Part shown: positions 47,371 to 58,026 of the stretch, one piece after another
Layout of the letters: every line of letters starts with the position of its first letter
How positions within the stretch are numbered: position 1 is the first letter of the stretch
The notes under the pieces: model-generated
Databases searched by the model: none
Told to the model about the DNA's origin: nothing
The model's input: only the letters and a program-made list of their open reading frames with translations
Assembly: GCA_964389805.1 (NCBI GenBank)
Contig: CAYMFU010000019.1
Location: forward strand, 5,679-69,678
Length of the DNA: 64,000 bases
Reading direction: 5' to 3'
Source of the DNA: an uncultured Roseivirgaceae bacterium
GTDB taxonomy: Bacteria > Bacteroidota > Bacteroidia > Cytophagales > Cyclobacteriaceae
Program-made: the position numbers and the translations under genes

Positions 47371-48638
47371 CGTACAAATATCTGCATTCTGTGCGCATCC
47401 AGCTTCAGTAATATAAACAATAATATTGAGAAGGCCCACAATGACGATCCGCCATAACTGAAAAAGGGCAGGGGTATTCCAATGACCGGAAACAATCCAA
47501 TAGTCATACCGATATTGATCATAAAATGAAAAAATATAATGGAACCAACCGCATATCCATACGTTTGGGCAAATCTTGATTTCTGCCGTTCCGCTATAAA
47601 AAAGATCCGGAGTATAAGGAAAATAAATAGGATGATTACAAGTGAAGTTCCAATATAACCATGTTCTTCTCCCAGGGTGCAGAAAATAAAATCCGTAGAT
47701 TGCTCAGGAACAAAATCAAATTTTGTCTGAGTCCCATTCAAAAAGCCTTTCCCCCAGAATTGTCCTGATCCAATAGCAATTTTGGACTGCGTTACATTCC
47801 AGCCATCTCCAAGTGGATCTGAATCAGGATTTATCAATACCCGAAGTCTCTTCTGGTGGTGGGGCTTAAGAATCTTCGATTGGAAGTAATCGACGCTAAA
47901 GGTTATGCCAATGGTAAATAGCATTATAATTATTATACCGGCAATTTTCTTAAACGTCTTATCAGCAAATGCAATAGCAATGCCGGCGATTACAATAATT
48001 GCCAGGATAATAAAAAGCTGATTGACGAAAAGAGTGGAAATAAAAATCAGGACCAGTAGCAGTCCGATAACGAGGACCAAGGGTGATAATCCTTCACGAT
48101 AAAATACGATTATAAAAGAAAAATAAATTAAGGCAGTTCCAGGATCAGGTTGCAACAGGATCAATAGAATTGGGATCACAACTAAGGCGGAAACCATGAT
48201 TACCTGTCGCTTACTGCTAAAACGAAAACCTGGCGTACTAATAAACCTTGCTACAGCAAGAGCAGTTATAAATTTGGCGAATTCTGAAGGCTGGATCTTG
48301 AAGAAGGAACCGATCTCAAACCAGGACCTGGCTCCTGATACTTTTGTGCCAAATAAAATCACAAATATTAGCATAACCAAGATTATGCCATATAGTATAT
48401 AAGAAATTGATTCGTAAAACTGGAAATCTATCGATACGATAATAAAAAAAATAATTATTGTGCTGCCTATCCAGACAAGTTGCTTACCCGAGTTAAGAGA
48501 AAAATCAAAAATATTCATCCCGGTTCCCTCCTGATAGACTGAAGCGTAAATATTTAACCAGCCCATGATCACGAGTATCCCATATACAAATAAGGTCAAC
48601 CAATCAATCCTGTTTAATATATTGCTATCTCTTCTCAA
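47367..48638 (-). CDS. rodA: rod shape-determining protein RodA (SEDS family)
   Basis: Polytopic FtsW/RodA/SpoVE pattern (PSEFAKF, TDFIF, GLFPVIGIPLPFFSYGGSS). 4-nt ATGA overlap with mrdA. Confidence 0.93.
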   Translation of the reverse strand: MRRDSNILNRIDWLTLFVYGILVIMGWLNIYASVYQEGTGMNIFDFSLNSGKQLVWIGSTIIIFFIIVSIDFQFYESISYILYGIILVMLIFVILFGTKVSGARSWFEIGSFFKIQPSEFAKFITALAVARFISTPGFRFSSKRQVIMVSALVVIPILLILLQPDPGTALIYFSFIIVFYREGLSPLVLVIGLLLVLIFISTLFVNQLFIILAIIVIAGIAIAFADKTFKKIAGIIIIMLFTIGITFSVDYFQSKILKPHHQKRLRVLINPDSDPLGDGWNVTQSKIAIGSGQFWGKGFLNGTQTKFDFVPEQSTDFIFCTLGEEHGYIGTSLVIILFIFLILRIFFIAERQKSRFAQTYGYAVGSIIFFHFMINIGMTIGLFPVIGIPLPFFSYGGSSLWAFSILLFILLKLDAHRMQIFVR

Positions 48639-50437
48639 TATATAAATTCTCCTTTTAGTACGAATTCTTCAAGCCACTTCCTCTTTATTTCACCGGTAAG
48701 GTATTTCTCGATCACAAGGCTTGATATAGAGGCAGCTGCACGTCCACCCCAACCTGCATTTTCCACATAGACGGCAACAGCTATTTGCGGATCCTCTTTG
48801 GGTGCAAATCCCATAAATCCTGAATGGTCTTCACCATGTGGATTTTCGACGGTACTTGTTTTTCCACAGACTTCGATATTCGTCATATAAGCCCTTCTTC
48901 CTGATCCTGAACGTACAACTTCTTGCATTCCATTGATTACTGAATTAAAATGAACGGAATCAATCCCAACCTCATTTTTAATTATGTACTTTGGATCAGG
49001 CAATCCATTATCATCTACTGATTTAATGATGTGAGGTGTATAAAAATATCCCTTATTTGCTAAAATAGTAGCTAAATTGGCCATTTGAAGCGGCGTAACA
49101 AGCGTTTCCCCCTGTCCTATACTTAAGGAATAAATATTGGAAAATTTCCATCGGTTCTGACCATAAACCCTGTCGTAATAGCCAACTGTGGGTACGTACC
49201 CACTTTTCGGATTCGGAATATCAATATCGAGGGTAACTCCCAAACCAAAATTAACAACATAATTCCTCCATTTCTCCAAGCCAAACCTTGCATCAATGAA
49301 AGGACTGGGATCTTCCCTTTGGTTTATAATTCTCCGGAACACCTTAAAAAAATAATTATTAGAAGAATAGGTTATGGCTTCTTCCACATCATAATATCCT
49401 ATTGGCGCTAAATCCCCAATCAACCTGCCATCACTGTATATCAATTCATCCTTATCGATAACATTTTCCTGAAGAGCGATCAATGCCTGAATCGTCTTGA
49501 ACATGGAGCCCGGGGGGTACATGGCCATTATCGGCCGGTTGAAAAGAGGAACCAGCGTATCCACTGAAAGAGTCTGAAAATTATCGGAAAATTCACGTCC
49601 GGACAAAATATTCGGATCATAAGAAGGTGCTGAGACAATACTCAAAATTTCACCGGTAGCAGGTTGAATAGCAACCAGGCTCCCAACTTTTCCATCAAGC
49701 AGTTTTTCTGCGTATTCCTGCACGCTTAAGTCAATGGTCGAGATCAGATTATTTCCAGGTACAGAAATTGTGTCTAGCCGGCCTTCTTTATAAAGTCCCT
49801 GTTCAACTCCTCTAACATTCACCATTCTTTTCTTTACTCCTCTCTGACCCCGTAAAGCTTTTTCGTAACTGGACTCAATACCACTAATACCAATATAATC
49901 ACCCATGCGGTAATAATTGGTGGTATCCCTGTCAAGTTGACCTTTACTTATCTCACCAACATAACCAAGTGCATTCGACAATACCGGATGCGGATATTCA
50001 CGTACGGACCTCGCAGAAATATAAAATCCTTTAAAATTTATAAGCTTATCCTGTATTCGTGCATATTCTTCATTCGAGATTTGCTTAATAAATATGGAGG
50101 GCTTAATCACAGAATACTTTCTGGCAATATCATACTTCTCATTAAAAGTCTCTTTGTCAATTCCAAACATGGAACAGAACTCTGCTGTGTCTTTTACTTC
50201 CACCTCCATTGGAACTATCATCAGGTCGTACATTGGATTGTTTATGACCAAAAGATCACCGTTTCTGTCATAGATCAATCCTCTATATGGGTATTCAACA
50301 ATACGTTGAATGATATTATTTTCTGCCGCTAACCGGTAGTTATCACTTAATACCTGAATACTGAGTAGTTTAAGGAGAAAAATTATCCCTACTATAACAA
50401 TGCCTATCCGAATTATTATCTTTCTTGAATCATTCAT
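48635..50437 (-). CDS. mrdA: penicillin-binding protein 2 (elongasome transpeptidase)
   Basis: N-terminal anchor, SMFK (SxxK), SSN and GKTST (KTG-like) motifs. Sits between mreD and rodA. Confidence 0.93.
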   Translation of the reverse strand: MNDSRKIIIRIGIVIVGIIFLLKLLSIQVLSDNYRLAAENNIIQRIVEYPYRGLIYDRNGDLLVINNPMYDLMIVPMEVEVKDTAEFCSMFGIDKETFNEKYDIARKYSVIKPSIFIKQISNEEYARIQDKLINFKGFYISARSVREYPHPVLSNALGYVGEISKGQLDRDTTNYYRMGDYIGISGIESSYEKALRGQRGVKKRMVNVRGVEQGLYKEGRLDTISVPGNNLISTIDLSVQEYAEKLLDGKVGSLVAIQPATGEILSIVSAPSYDPNILSGREFSDNFQTLSVDTLVPLFNRPIMAMYPPGSMFKTIQALIALQENVIDKDELIYSDGRLIGDLAPIGYYDVEEAITYSSNNYFFKVFRRIINQREDPSPFIDARFGLEKWRNYVVNFGLGVTLDIDIPNPKSGYVPTVGYYDRVYGQNRWKFSNIYSLSIGQGETLVTPLQMANLATILANKGYFYTPHIIKSVDDNGLPDPKYIIKNEVGIDSVHFNSVINGMQEVVRSGSGRRAYMTNIEVCGKTSTVENPHGEDHSGFMGFAPKEDPQIAVAVYVENAGWGGRAAASISSLVIEKYLTGEIKRKWLEEFVLKGEFIY

Positions 50438-50955
50438 GACAACCGATCTCTATTGTAAAATAGATTCTGTCCAATTACCAATATAGTAAACGTAAACAAG
50501 CTGCTGAAAAAGGTCTTTTTAATTATTAACCAAAAGTGATATAGTTCACCAGCCTCTATAAAGAATAACGAAAGATGATGCAGAAATATTAAAGGTAAAG
50601 CATAAGTAATAAACCAACCAAATCCCATAACCCGCATTGTGGGTAATCTTACATCTTCATAACCAGTACTGGGAGTGATGGTAGAAAGCCAGAATGGGCG
50701 CAAATAGGCTATTAATGTCCCGGAAGCAGCATTTACCCCCAGGCTGTTATAAAAAATATCGATTGAAAAACCTGTAATAAATCCAAGAATAACTAATAAT
50801 ACTGTGCTGATTTCAAAAGGAAGTAATAAAATAAAGCCGATGTATACAAAACAGAAGGCTGTTCCAAATAATACCATATTGTCAAAAAGGAATACCTGCA
50901 ACATGATATATACTGCAAACACTAAAACATTATATATGATACTTCGCCTATTCAT
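50434..50955 (-). CDS. mreD: rod shape-determining protein MreD
   Basis: Small polytopic membrane protein immediately after mreC, overlapping both neighbours. Confidence 0.8.
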   Translation of the reverse strand: MNRRSIIYNVLVFAVYIMLQVFLFDNMVLFGTAFCFVYIGFILLLPFEISTVLLVILGFITGFSIDIFYNSLGVNAASGTLIAYLRPFWLSTITPSTGYEDVRLPTMRVMGFGWFITYALPLIFLHHLSLFFIEAGELYHFWLIIKKTFFSSLFTFTILVIGQNLFYNRDRLS

Positions 50956-51775
50956 TTAAAACTTCAACAGAATCTTTCTCCTGCCGGTCATAATTTTGGA
51001 TTAAATACACATGAGACAGCGATTGAAAATCGCTTGACAGGTCAATAATTACCTGATAAAATGTTTCATTTTCATCGATACTAAATTCCTTTATTTGACC
51101 AATTGGTATTCCCTCGGGAAAGATAGCGTTAAACCCTGAAGTAGTAATTGAATCACCCACTTGTATCTCCACATGCCGGGGTATGTACAATAAATTGGCA
51201 TAAAGCGGATCCAATCCATCCCATTTTGATGTACAGAAAACTCCCAATCTGCTTAATAAGGATGATACCTGCATACCTCCATGCAAGAGGCTATATAAAG
51301 TTGCATAATTTTTAGACACGGTTTTGACAACCCCAACGACACCAAAAGAACTTATAGCACCCATTCCAGGCTCCAGGCCATCCTGTGAACCCTTATCAAC
51401 TGTGATATAATTGTTAATTTTCTGAGTACTGTTATTAATTACTTTTGCAGGAATATAATCGTATTGTATCGCAGTATCAACTGTCGATATTATTGAAGAA
51501 TCAGCATTAAATACCTGAACCTGTTTCTGGCTGATCAAGTCACGTAAAAAAGCATTTTCTTTTGCCAGATAATCATTTTCATTTATTAGATTAAAATATT
51601 GATAAACACCTTGTCTTAATCCGAAAATAGATGAGACTATGCTATTTGATGTATTGAAGAAAGCTGCATTATGAAACGTACTGGTCCCAATTACCAACCA
51701 GAAAGCTAGAATTTCCAGTACAATAAATGTAAAAAATGCCCTATACTGATAAATTAATAGAAATAAACGACGCAT
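50948..51775 (-). CDS. mreC: rod shape-determining protein MreC
   Basis: N-terminal TM helix plus coiled-coil (LAKENAFLRDLI), then a beta-domain with GDSITTSG...FPEGIPIG. Confidence 0.9.
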   Translation of the reverse strand: MRRLFLLIYQYRAFFTFIVLEILAFWLVIGTSTFHNAAFFNTSNSIVSSIFGLRQGVYQYFNLINENDYLAKENAFLRDLISQKQVQVFNADSSIISTVDTAIQYDYIPAKVINNSTQKINNYITVDKGSQDGLEPGMGAISSFGVVGVVKTVSKNYATLYSLLHGGMQVSSLLSRLGVFCTSKWDGLDPLYANLLYIPRHVEIQVGDSITTSGFNAIFPEGIPIGQIKEFSIDENETFYQVIIDLSSDFQSLSHVYLIQNYDRQEKDSVEVLNE

Positions 51776-51782
51776 TAAATGT

Positions 51783-52808
51783 TTATGTCATCAAAACGGA
51801 CCTGTATTCTTGTAGATTCTTTAAAGCCAAACCGGTTCCCCTAACTACTGCTCTTAAAGGATCGTCGGCTACATGTATAGGCAACTTTGTTTTTAAAGCA
51901 AGTCTTTTGTCCAAGCCTCTAAGAAGCGCTCCGCCTCCCGTTAAATGTATGCCATTATCGTAAATATCTGCGGATAATTCAGGTGGAGATATTTCCAGTG
52001 CTTTCAGAACCGCTTCTTCAATTTTGGAAACGGATTTATCTATGGCAAATGCAATTTCAGAATATGAGATCTTTATAACTTTAGGGATCCCGGTCATAAG
52101 GTCCCGGCCTCTGATCTCATAATCATCAGGTGGTTCATCCAATTCTGTTAAAGCTGAACCTACTTCTATTTTAACTTTTTCTGCAGATCGCTCACCAATC
52201 AAAAGGTTATGCTGTCTTCTCATATAATCCAGGATATCTTTATTAAAAGTTTCCCCGGCAACCCGGATAGATTGATCGCAAACGATTCCGGACAAAGCGA
52301 TTACGGCAATTTCAGTCGTACCCCCGCCTATGTCAACCACCATTGATCCAACAGGTCTTTCAATGTCAATGCCAATACCCAATGCTGCCGCTATAGGCTC
52401 CTGAACCATATACACTTCTTTTGCCCCGGCATGTTCCGCTGAATCCCTGACAGCTCTTTTTTCAACTTCAGTTATACCGCTGGGTATACAGATCACCATT
52501 CTGTGGGAAGTGGGAAAAATAGTCCGGCGATTTTCTATCATTTTGATCATTCCCCGGATCATATGTTCTGCGGCATGAAAATCAGCAATCACTCCATCCT
52601 TTAAAGGTTTGATGGTTTTTATGTTTTCATGTGTTTTCTCATGCATCTGCATGGCTTCCCGGCCAATTGCCAACACTTTATTATTGTTCTTATCTATTGC
52701 TATGATAGATGGTTCATCTACTACGATTTTATCCTTATTAATGATAAGCGTATTAGCTGTGCCAAGGTCAATGGCAATATCACTCGAGAAAAAATCAAAC
52801 AATCCCAT
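51783..52808 (-). CDS. mreB: rod shape-determining protein MreB
   Basis: IAIDLGTANTLI, VDIGGGTTEIAV and LTGGGALLRGLDK actin-fold motifs. Confidence 0.97.
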   Translation of the reverse strand: MGLFDFFSSDIAIDLGTANTLIINKDKIVVDEPSIIAIDKNNNKVLAIGREAMQMHEKTHENIKTIKPLKDGVIADFHAAEHMIRGMIKMIENRRTIFPTSHRMVICIPSGITEVEKRAVRDSAEHAGAKEVYMVQEPIAAALGIGIDIERPVGSMVVDIGGGTTEIAVIALSGIVCDQSIRVAGETFNKDILDYMRRQHNLLIGERSAEKVKIEVGSALTELDEPPDDYEIRGRDLMTGIPKVIKISYSEIAFAIDKSVSKIEEAVLKALEISPPELSADIYDNGIHLTGGGALLRGLDKRLALKTKLPIHVADDPLRAVVRGTGLALKNLQEYRSVLMT

Positions 52809-52851
52809 AGTATACTTATCCTGATTAGTTTATAATACTATATTATTTCTA

Positions 52852-54378
52852 TTAATGCTTAAAATGCCTGAATCCAGTAAACACCATGGCCATATTATGG
52901 GCATCACAATAGTCAATAGAATCCTTATCTCTTACAGATCCACCAGGTTGAATAACGGCTTTTATCCCAGCATGATCTGCTATTTCAACACAGTCGGGAA
53001 ATGGGAAAAAGGCATCGGAAGCCATTACGGCACCATTAAGGTCCATGTTGAAATTCCTGGCCTTTTCTATAGCCTGTTTTAAAGCATCCACCCTGGATGT
53101 CTGTCCTACACCACTAGCCAGCAGCTGGCCATCCTTTGCTAATACAATTGTATTTGACTTGGTATGCTTACATACTTTACTGGCAAACAATAAAGCCCTG
53201 TTTTCTTCATCAGTGGTAGCCCGTTGAGTGGCCACCTTTATATCGTCCAGACTATCCGTTTTAAGGTCCTTATCCTGCTCGAGTACACCATTCAGTAATG
53301 TCTTGGCTATTTTAGTTTCCTTCAGATTGTCCTTTTTAACAAGTATGATCCTGTTCTTTTTTGACTTCAATATATCTAATGCATCTGGTGCATATTCAGG
53401 CGCAATGACCACTTCGCAAAACAGCTTATTAATTTCTTCTGCAGCTTCAAGATCAACCGTCCTGTTCGTTGCTAAAATACCACCAAATGCAGATATTGTG
53501 TCGGCCTCGAAAGCTTTTAAATAAGCTTCTTTTACCGAATTACCGGTAGCTGCACCACAGGCGTTGGTATGTTTCAGAATTGCAAATGCCGTCTCTTTAT
53601 CAAATTCTTCCACCAGCGCAACAGCAGCATCGATATCTACCAGATTATTATATGAAAGCGCTTTGCCATGGATCTGATCAAATAGCGATCCGAGATCTCC
53701 ATAAAATATGCCCTTTTGATGAGGATTTTCTCCGTATCTTAATTCGGTTGCTTTTAACTCGCTGATCTTCAAAGCAGGAATTTGAAATTCCCCGTTAAAA
53801 TAATTGAAAATAGCGGTGTCGTAATGTGAGGAAACATTAAAAGCCTGTGCCGCCAGATATTTGCGATCTTCCTGATCAGTACTGCAATCTTTTTCCTCCA
53901 GGATACTCAACAATTCCTGGTACTGGTTTTTTGAAGCAACAATAGCAACATCTCTGAAGTTCTTGGCTGCAGCACGAATTAAAGAAATTCCGCCTATGTC
54001 AATTTTTTCAATTATCGATTGCTCATCGGCTCCACTTGATACGGTTTCTTCAAAAGGATATAAATCTACGATGACCAGGTCAAGGTCAGGAATTTCATAA
54101 TCCTTAATTTCTTTTTGATCCGAAGTATTGTCCCTGCGAGATAATATTCCGCCAAAAACTTTTGGATGGAGGGTTTTTACGCGACCTCCCAGAATCGAGG
54201 GATATCCTGTAAGTGATTCCACAGCGGTCACATCAATGCCTTGTTCCTGAATAAATTTTTGAGTGCCACCCGTTGAATATATGTGTACGCCATTCTCTTT
54301 CAGTACTTTAAGGATCGGTTCTAACTGGTCCTTATAAAACACTGAGACGAGAGCAGATTGAATTTTTCTTCTTCCCAT
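52852..54378 (-). CDS. purH: bifunctional AICAR transformylase / IMP cyclohydrolase
   Basis: ALVSVFYKD, GRVKTLHPKVFGGIL, KHTNACG and QPGGSVRD motifs. Start placed at MGRRKIQSAL. Confidence 0.95.
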   Translation of the reverse strand: MGRRKIQSALVSVFYKDQLEPILKVLKENGVHIYSTGGTQKFIQEQGIDVTAVESLTGYPSILGGRVKTLHPKVFGGILSRRDNTSDQKEIKDYEIPDLDLVIVDLYPFEETVSSGADEQSIIEKIDIGGISLIRAAAKNFRDVAIVASKNQYQELLSILEEKDCSTDQEDRKYLAAQAFNVSSHYDTAIFNYFNGEFQIPALKISELKATELRYGENPHQKGIFYGDLGSLFDQIHGKALSYNNLVDIDAAVALVEEFDKETAFAILKHTNACGAATGNSVKEAYLKAFEADTISAFGGILATNRTVDLEAAEEINKLFCEVVIAPEYAPDALDILKSKKNRIILVKKDNLKETKIAKTLLNGVLEQDKDLKTDSLDDIKVATQRATTDEENRALLFASKVCKHTKSNTIVLAKDGQLLASGVGQTSRVDALKQAIEKARNFNMDLNGAVMASDAFFPFPDCVEIADHAGIKAVIQPGGSVRDKDSIDYCDAHNMAMVFTGFRHFKH

Positions 54379-54413
54379 AGTTTGGATTCTCAAAAGTGCA
54401 AAGCTAATGTTTT

Positions 54414-54998
54414 TTATTTATTTATTATCAGTTCTTCAATTACTTTAGGAAAGTATTCATACTCTAGTTGATGTATCTTCTTTGCCAGGGATTCAGGTGT
54501 ATCATCGCCGTCAATTTTACAACGTGCCTGAAATACAATTTTCCCTTCATCGTATTTCTCATTCACATAGTGAATACTAATTCCGGATTCGGCATCCCCC
54601 GATTCAATAACGGCCTGATGCACATGCATTCCGTACATGCCCTTCCCGCCATAATTTGGAAGAAGTGCCGGATGAATATTAATGATCTTATTTTCAAAAG
54701 CCCTGATCAAATTCAAAGGTACAAGCCACAGAAATCCTGCCAGTACAATAAGATCAATCCCTTCGCTTTTCAGGAGCTCAATGATTTCATCTGATTTATA
54801 AAAATCATCCCTTGAAAAAATACAAGTTGGGATATTGTGTTTTTCAGCCCTGACCAGGGCATATGCATCTGGCTTATTAGAACATAAAATCTTAACCTTT
54901 CCTATTGATGATCCTTGGAAATGTGATATTATTTGTTCTGCATTTGTTCCACTTCCTGACGCAAATATTGCTATGCTTTTTGTCTTCTTATTATCCAA
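54414..54998 (-). CDS. purN: phosphoribosylglycinamide formyltransferase
   Basis: IAIFASGSGTNAEQII, INIHPALLP and HYVNEKYDEG motifs. Confidence 0.93.
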   Translation of the reverse strand: MDNKKTKSIAIFASGSGTNAEQIISHFQGSSIGKVKILCSNKPDAYALVRAEKHNIPTCIFSRDDFYKSDEIIELLKSEGIDLIVLAGFLWLVPLNLIRAFENKIINIHPALLPNYGGKGMYGMHVHQAVIESGDAESGISIHYVNEKYDEGKIVFQARCKIDGDDTPESLAKKIHQLEYEYFPKVIEELIINK

Positions 54999-55004
54999 TT
55001 TTTC

Positions 55005-55898
55005 TCACTTTATAAGTTTAAAAAATATCATGCTAATAATACCACTCAACATTATCAGCTTACTGAATCCGCTCAAAAGATAAAAATCTCTCTTCGAGTC
55101 AGCCCTAATCAACCTTTGAATGAATACCATAGCTGGAATAGCTAAAAATACAAAATATATTTTTAAAAAATAATTATCCTGTTTTATTGTTAGCCATACG
55201 ATGATTCCCATAAAAACCAACAATATAAAAAGTACAATTTTTTTAGTTTTTCTAATGCCTAGAACCACGGGTAGCGTTCTACATCCAAATGCCTGATCTC
55301 CTTTCCAGTCTTCAATATCTTTTATGATCTCCCTTATTAGATTTATGAAAAATGCGAACATGGCATAAATAAAAACGATCCACTGATTTTTGGGGTATAA
55401 AATTACAACTATAAGCAGACCTAAAGCAGTGAGAAAGGCTATCACCACATTTCCCACAAACGGTAGTCTTTTAAGGTGATTGGAATAAAACCATAATAAA
55501 AATGCGGCGATAAGATTGATCCCGCCAATTAACAGGTTTATAAATAGGCCGATCAATACGCCAAAAAAACTGAAAACAATATGTGTAGTTAAGGCAATAC
55601 GCCTTTTAATTAACTTTCCAACAACGACTTTTTGAGGCCTGTTGATGTAATCAATTTTTATGTCATAATAATCATTGATTATATAACCACCAGCAGCAAT
55701 TATTACAGTAGAAGCTGATAACAGAAATAAATTTGGATCAAACAGATAGAGCTTATATGAATCATCCATCCCAATAAGAAATATGGCAGTAAAATATTGG
55801 GTCAAAAAGATGATCAAAAGGTTAGGCAATCGTATCAGCTGAACGATCTCTCTTGGGTTTAAGCGGTTTTCCGATTTCTTTTGCGTTTTTGATGCCAT
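55005..55898 (-). CDS. UbiA-superfamily prenyltransferase (DGGGP-synthase-like)
   Basis: Polytopic. First Asp-rich motif INDYYDIKID and second motif KDIEDWKGD. Confidence 0.8.
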   Translation of the reverse strand: MASKTQKKSENRLNPREIVQLIRLPNLLIIFLTQYFTAIFLIGMDDSYKLYLFDPNLFLLSASTVIIAAGGYIINDYYDIKIDYINRPQKVVVGKLIKRRIALTTHIVFSFFGVLIGLFINLLIGGINLIAAFLLWFYSNHLKRLPFVGNVVIAFLTALGLLIVVILYPKNQWIVFIYAMFAFFINLIREIIKDIEDWKGDQAFGCRTLPVVLGIRKTKKIVLFILLVFMGIIVWLTIKQDNYFLKIYFVFLAIPAMVFIQRLIRADSKRDFYLLSGFSKLIMLSGIISMIFFKLIK

Positions 55899-55909
55899 AA
55901 AAACCCAAT

Positions 55910-56437
55910 TTAAATTATATCGTATGCTGTAAGTTTATTTTTATAAATATCATAAGATAATGTATCGAAACATACGAAAACAACACGCACGATTGAAATT
56001 GCATTATCTCCAAAATTCCTGACAGTATCAATAGCAATGACAGCTGCATCATCTAAAGGATAACCATATACGCCAGTACTTATATTTGGAAAAGCGATAG
56101 ATCCCAATTTATGATTTTCTGCCAGTTTCAAACTGTTTTCATATGCATTTCTAAGTAGTAAATTTTCATTAAAACTACCACCCCGCCAAACTGGCCCGAC
56201 AGTATGTATAACTTTAGAGGCAGGCAGCTTACCTCCTGTGGTAATAACAGCCTCTCCTGTGGGACACCCCCCAGTCTGTTCCCGTATCAAATCACATTCG
56301 AGCATTATAGAAGGACCGCCTGCTTTGTGTATTGCCCCATCCACTCCTCCTCCTCCGGCTAGTCTGGAATTGGCGGCATTAACTATAACGTCAACCTCTA
56401 TTTTTGTAATATCTCCTTTTACTAACTGAATGTTCAT
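55910..56437 (-). CDS. macro-domain protein (O-acetyl-ADP-ribose deacetylase, YmdB-like)
   Basis: [32 protein letters not shown] and [13 protein letters not shown]. Start placed at [11 protein letters not shown]; upstream in-frame ATGs at 56443, 56449 and 56482 are alternatives. Confidence 0.9.
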   Translation of the reverse strand: MNIQLVKGDITKIEVDVIVNAANSRLAGGGGVDGAIHKAGGPSIMLECDLIREQTGGCPTGEAVITTGGKLPASKVIHTVGPVWRGGSFNENLLLRNAYENSLKLAENHKLGSIAFPNISTGVYGYPLDDAAVIAIDTVRNFGDNAISIVRVVFVCFDTLSYDIYKNKLTAYDII

Positions 56438-57119
56438 AATCATGTTCATCCATGCAAGGCTGGATGATATAAGATAAATCACTTAAGTTCAGTACAAATA
56501 AATTTCCCATTCCCTCACGATGGGTATAAACACATCCATTGTCAATATTCAATTTATAATTCCGCTTTTCCATAACATGATACAGGATTTCCTGAAGAGG
56601 AGTGGCATAATGTCCATGGATAATCGTTTTATAACGGGTTTTCTCAGGATCGACTACAAAGTCCCTGGTGTGGAGCATAGAATACGAATCGCTAAACGGA
56701 TCTGATGCTGAATAATTAAACCCGGCATGAACAACAATGAAATCCTCAAGTTCGATATAAAAAGGAAGCTTATTAATGAATTCTATATAATGATCCGGAA
56801 TCTCGTTGACGGTGCTCACCTTAAAACTATCCAGTGTTTCAAGACCTCCTTTTATTATAAAATCCTCTACGGATGTTTTATCATTGATGGCATTTAAAAG
56901 CAATTGCTCGTGGTTTCCCCGCACTGCCTGGATCTTATACCCGGACTCGATCAAATGAAAAACATAATCCAGTACACCTTTGCTGTCCGGCCCTTTATTA
57001 ATAAAATCCCCGGTAAAGTAAATTTCATCAGATTCATCGGGGCAGATTACTTTTTCAAAAGTATATTGAAAAGTATCTATACATCCATGAAGATCAGGAA
57101 ACACAAATTTGTTTGCCAA
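56391..57119 (-). CDS. calcineurin-like metallophosphoesterase (PPP/ApaH-PrpE-like)
   Basis: [24 protein letters not shown] and IVVHAG motifs. The 3' end overlaps the macro gene out of frame. Confidence 0.85.
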   Translation of the reverse strand: MANKFVFPDLHGCIDTFQYTFEKVICPDESDEIYFTGDFINKGPDSKGVLDYVFHLIESGYKIQAVRGNHEQLLLNAINDKTSVEDFIIKGGLETLDSFKVSTVNEIPDHYIEFINKLPFYIELEDFIVVHAGFNYSASDPFSDSYSMLHTRDFVVDPEKTRYKTIIHGHYATPLQEILYHVMEKRNYKLNIDNGCVYTHREGMGNLFVLNLSDLSYIIQPCMDEHDYEHSVSKRRYYKNRG

Positions 57120-57121
57120 AA

Positions 57122-57910
57122 CTAAATATTGTTATAGGAAGTTAATATGCCCTTGATCAGGGATGAACTAAAACCCTGGTGTTCCATTTCGTTCAATCCG
57201 GCAATGGTGCACCCCATGGGAGTAGTTACTTTATCTATTTCATATTCAGGATGTTCGCCACCTTCTATCAATAAACCGGCAGCGCCTCGTACCGTTTGAG
57301 ATGCGATCAACTGGGCGGTTGAGGAGTCAAATCCAATTTCAATACCGCCCTGGCTGGCAGCCCTGATAAACCTTAAGGCATAGGCAATCCCGCAAGCTGC
57401 TAAAACAGTGGATGCATCCATAAGCTCCTCGTCAATTTTAATAGTCTTACCTAGTTGATCAAAAATTGAAAAGACAATGTCTTTATTTTCCGCTGAATCA
57501 TCCCTGGTGGCAATGCATGTCATCGATTCCCGTATGGCGATGGCTGTATTTGGCATGGCCCTGAATATATGAATTTCCGGTCCGCAATATTCCTTAAGTA
57601 CCTCAATTTTAACACCTGTTACAACAGATACCAGAATCTGGTCTTTTCGTAGTAAAGGCCTGATTTCAGTAATCACTTTTTCTGTCTGATGCGGTTTTAC
57701 AGCGACAAGTATCACTTTCTTGCCTTTGACCGCATCCCCATTATTACTGGTTACTTTTATTCCTTTTGCTTTAAGATCTTCGATAAGATGAACTTTCCGC
57801 CGGGTTAATGTAATATTGGAGGCTTTTATCTTTTCACTGAATAATAAGCCCATGGCGATTGACCGCCCAAGATTGCCACCACCAATGATCCCAATATCAT
57901 ATGCTATCAT
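57122..57910 (-). CDS. proC: pyrroline-5-carboxylate reductase
   Basis: IGIIGGGNLGRSIA Rossmann motif, RAMPNTA, and C-terminal VTTPMGCTIAGL. Confidence 0.93.
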   Translation of the reverse strand: MIAYDIGIIGGGNLGRSIAMGLLFSEKIKASNITLTRRKVHLIEDLKAKGIKVTSNNGDAVKGKKVILVAVKPHQTEKVITEIRPLLRKDQILVSVVTGVKIEVLKEYCGPEIHIFRAMPNTAIAIRESMTCIATRDDSAENKDIVFSIFDQLGKTIKIDEELMDASTVLAACGIAYALRFIRAASQGGIEIGFDSSTAQLIASQTVRGAAGLLIEGGEHPEYEIDKVTTPMGCTIAGLNEMEHQGFSSSLIKGILTSYNNI

Positions 57911-58026
57911 AATTGTTTATATATTAATTATAAATAAGATGCAATTTATGTTTATTTTTCAATATTTTATGGGTGCTTATATGTAAATGATAAGAATTAT
58001 CCTGAGATTTAAGGGTATTTATAAAA

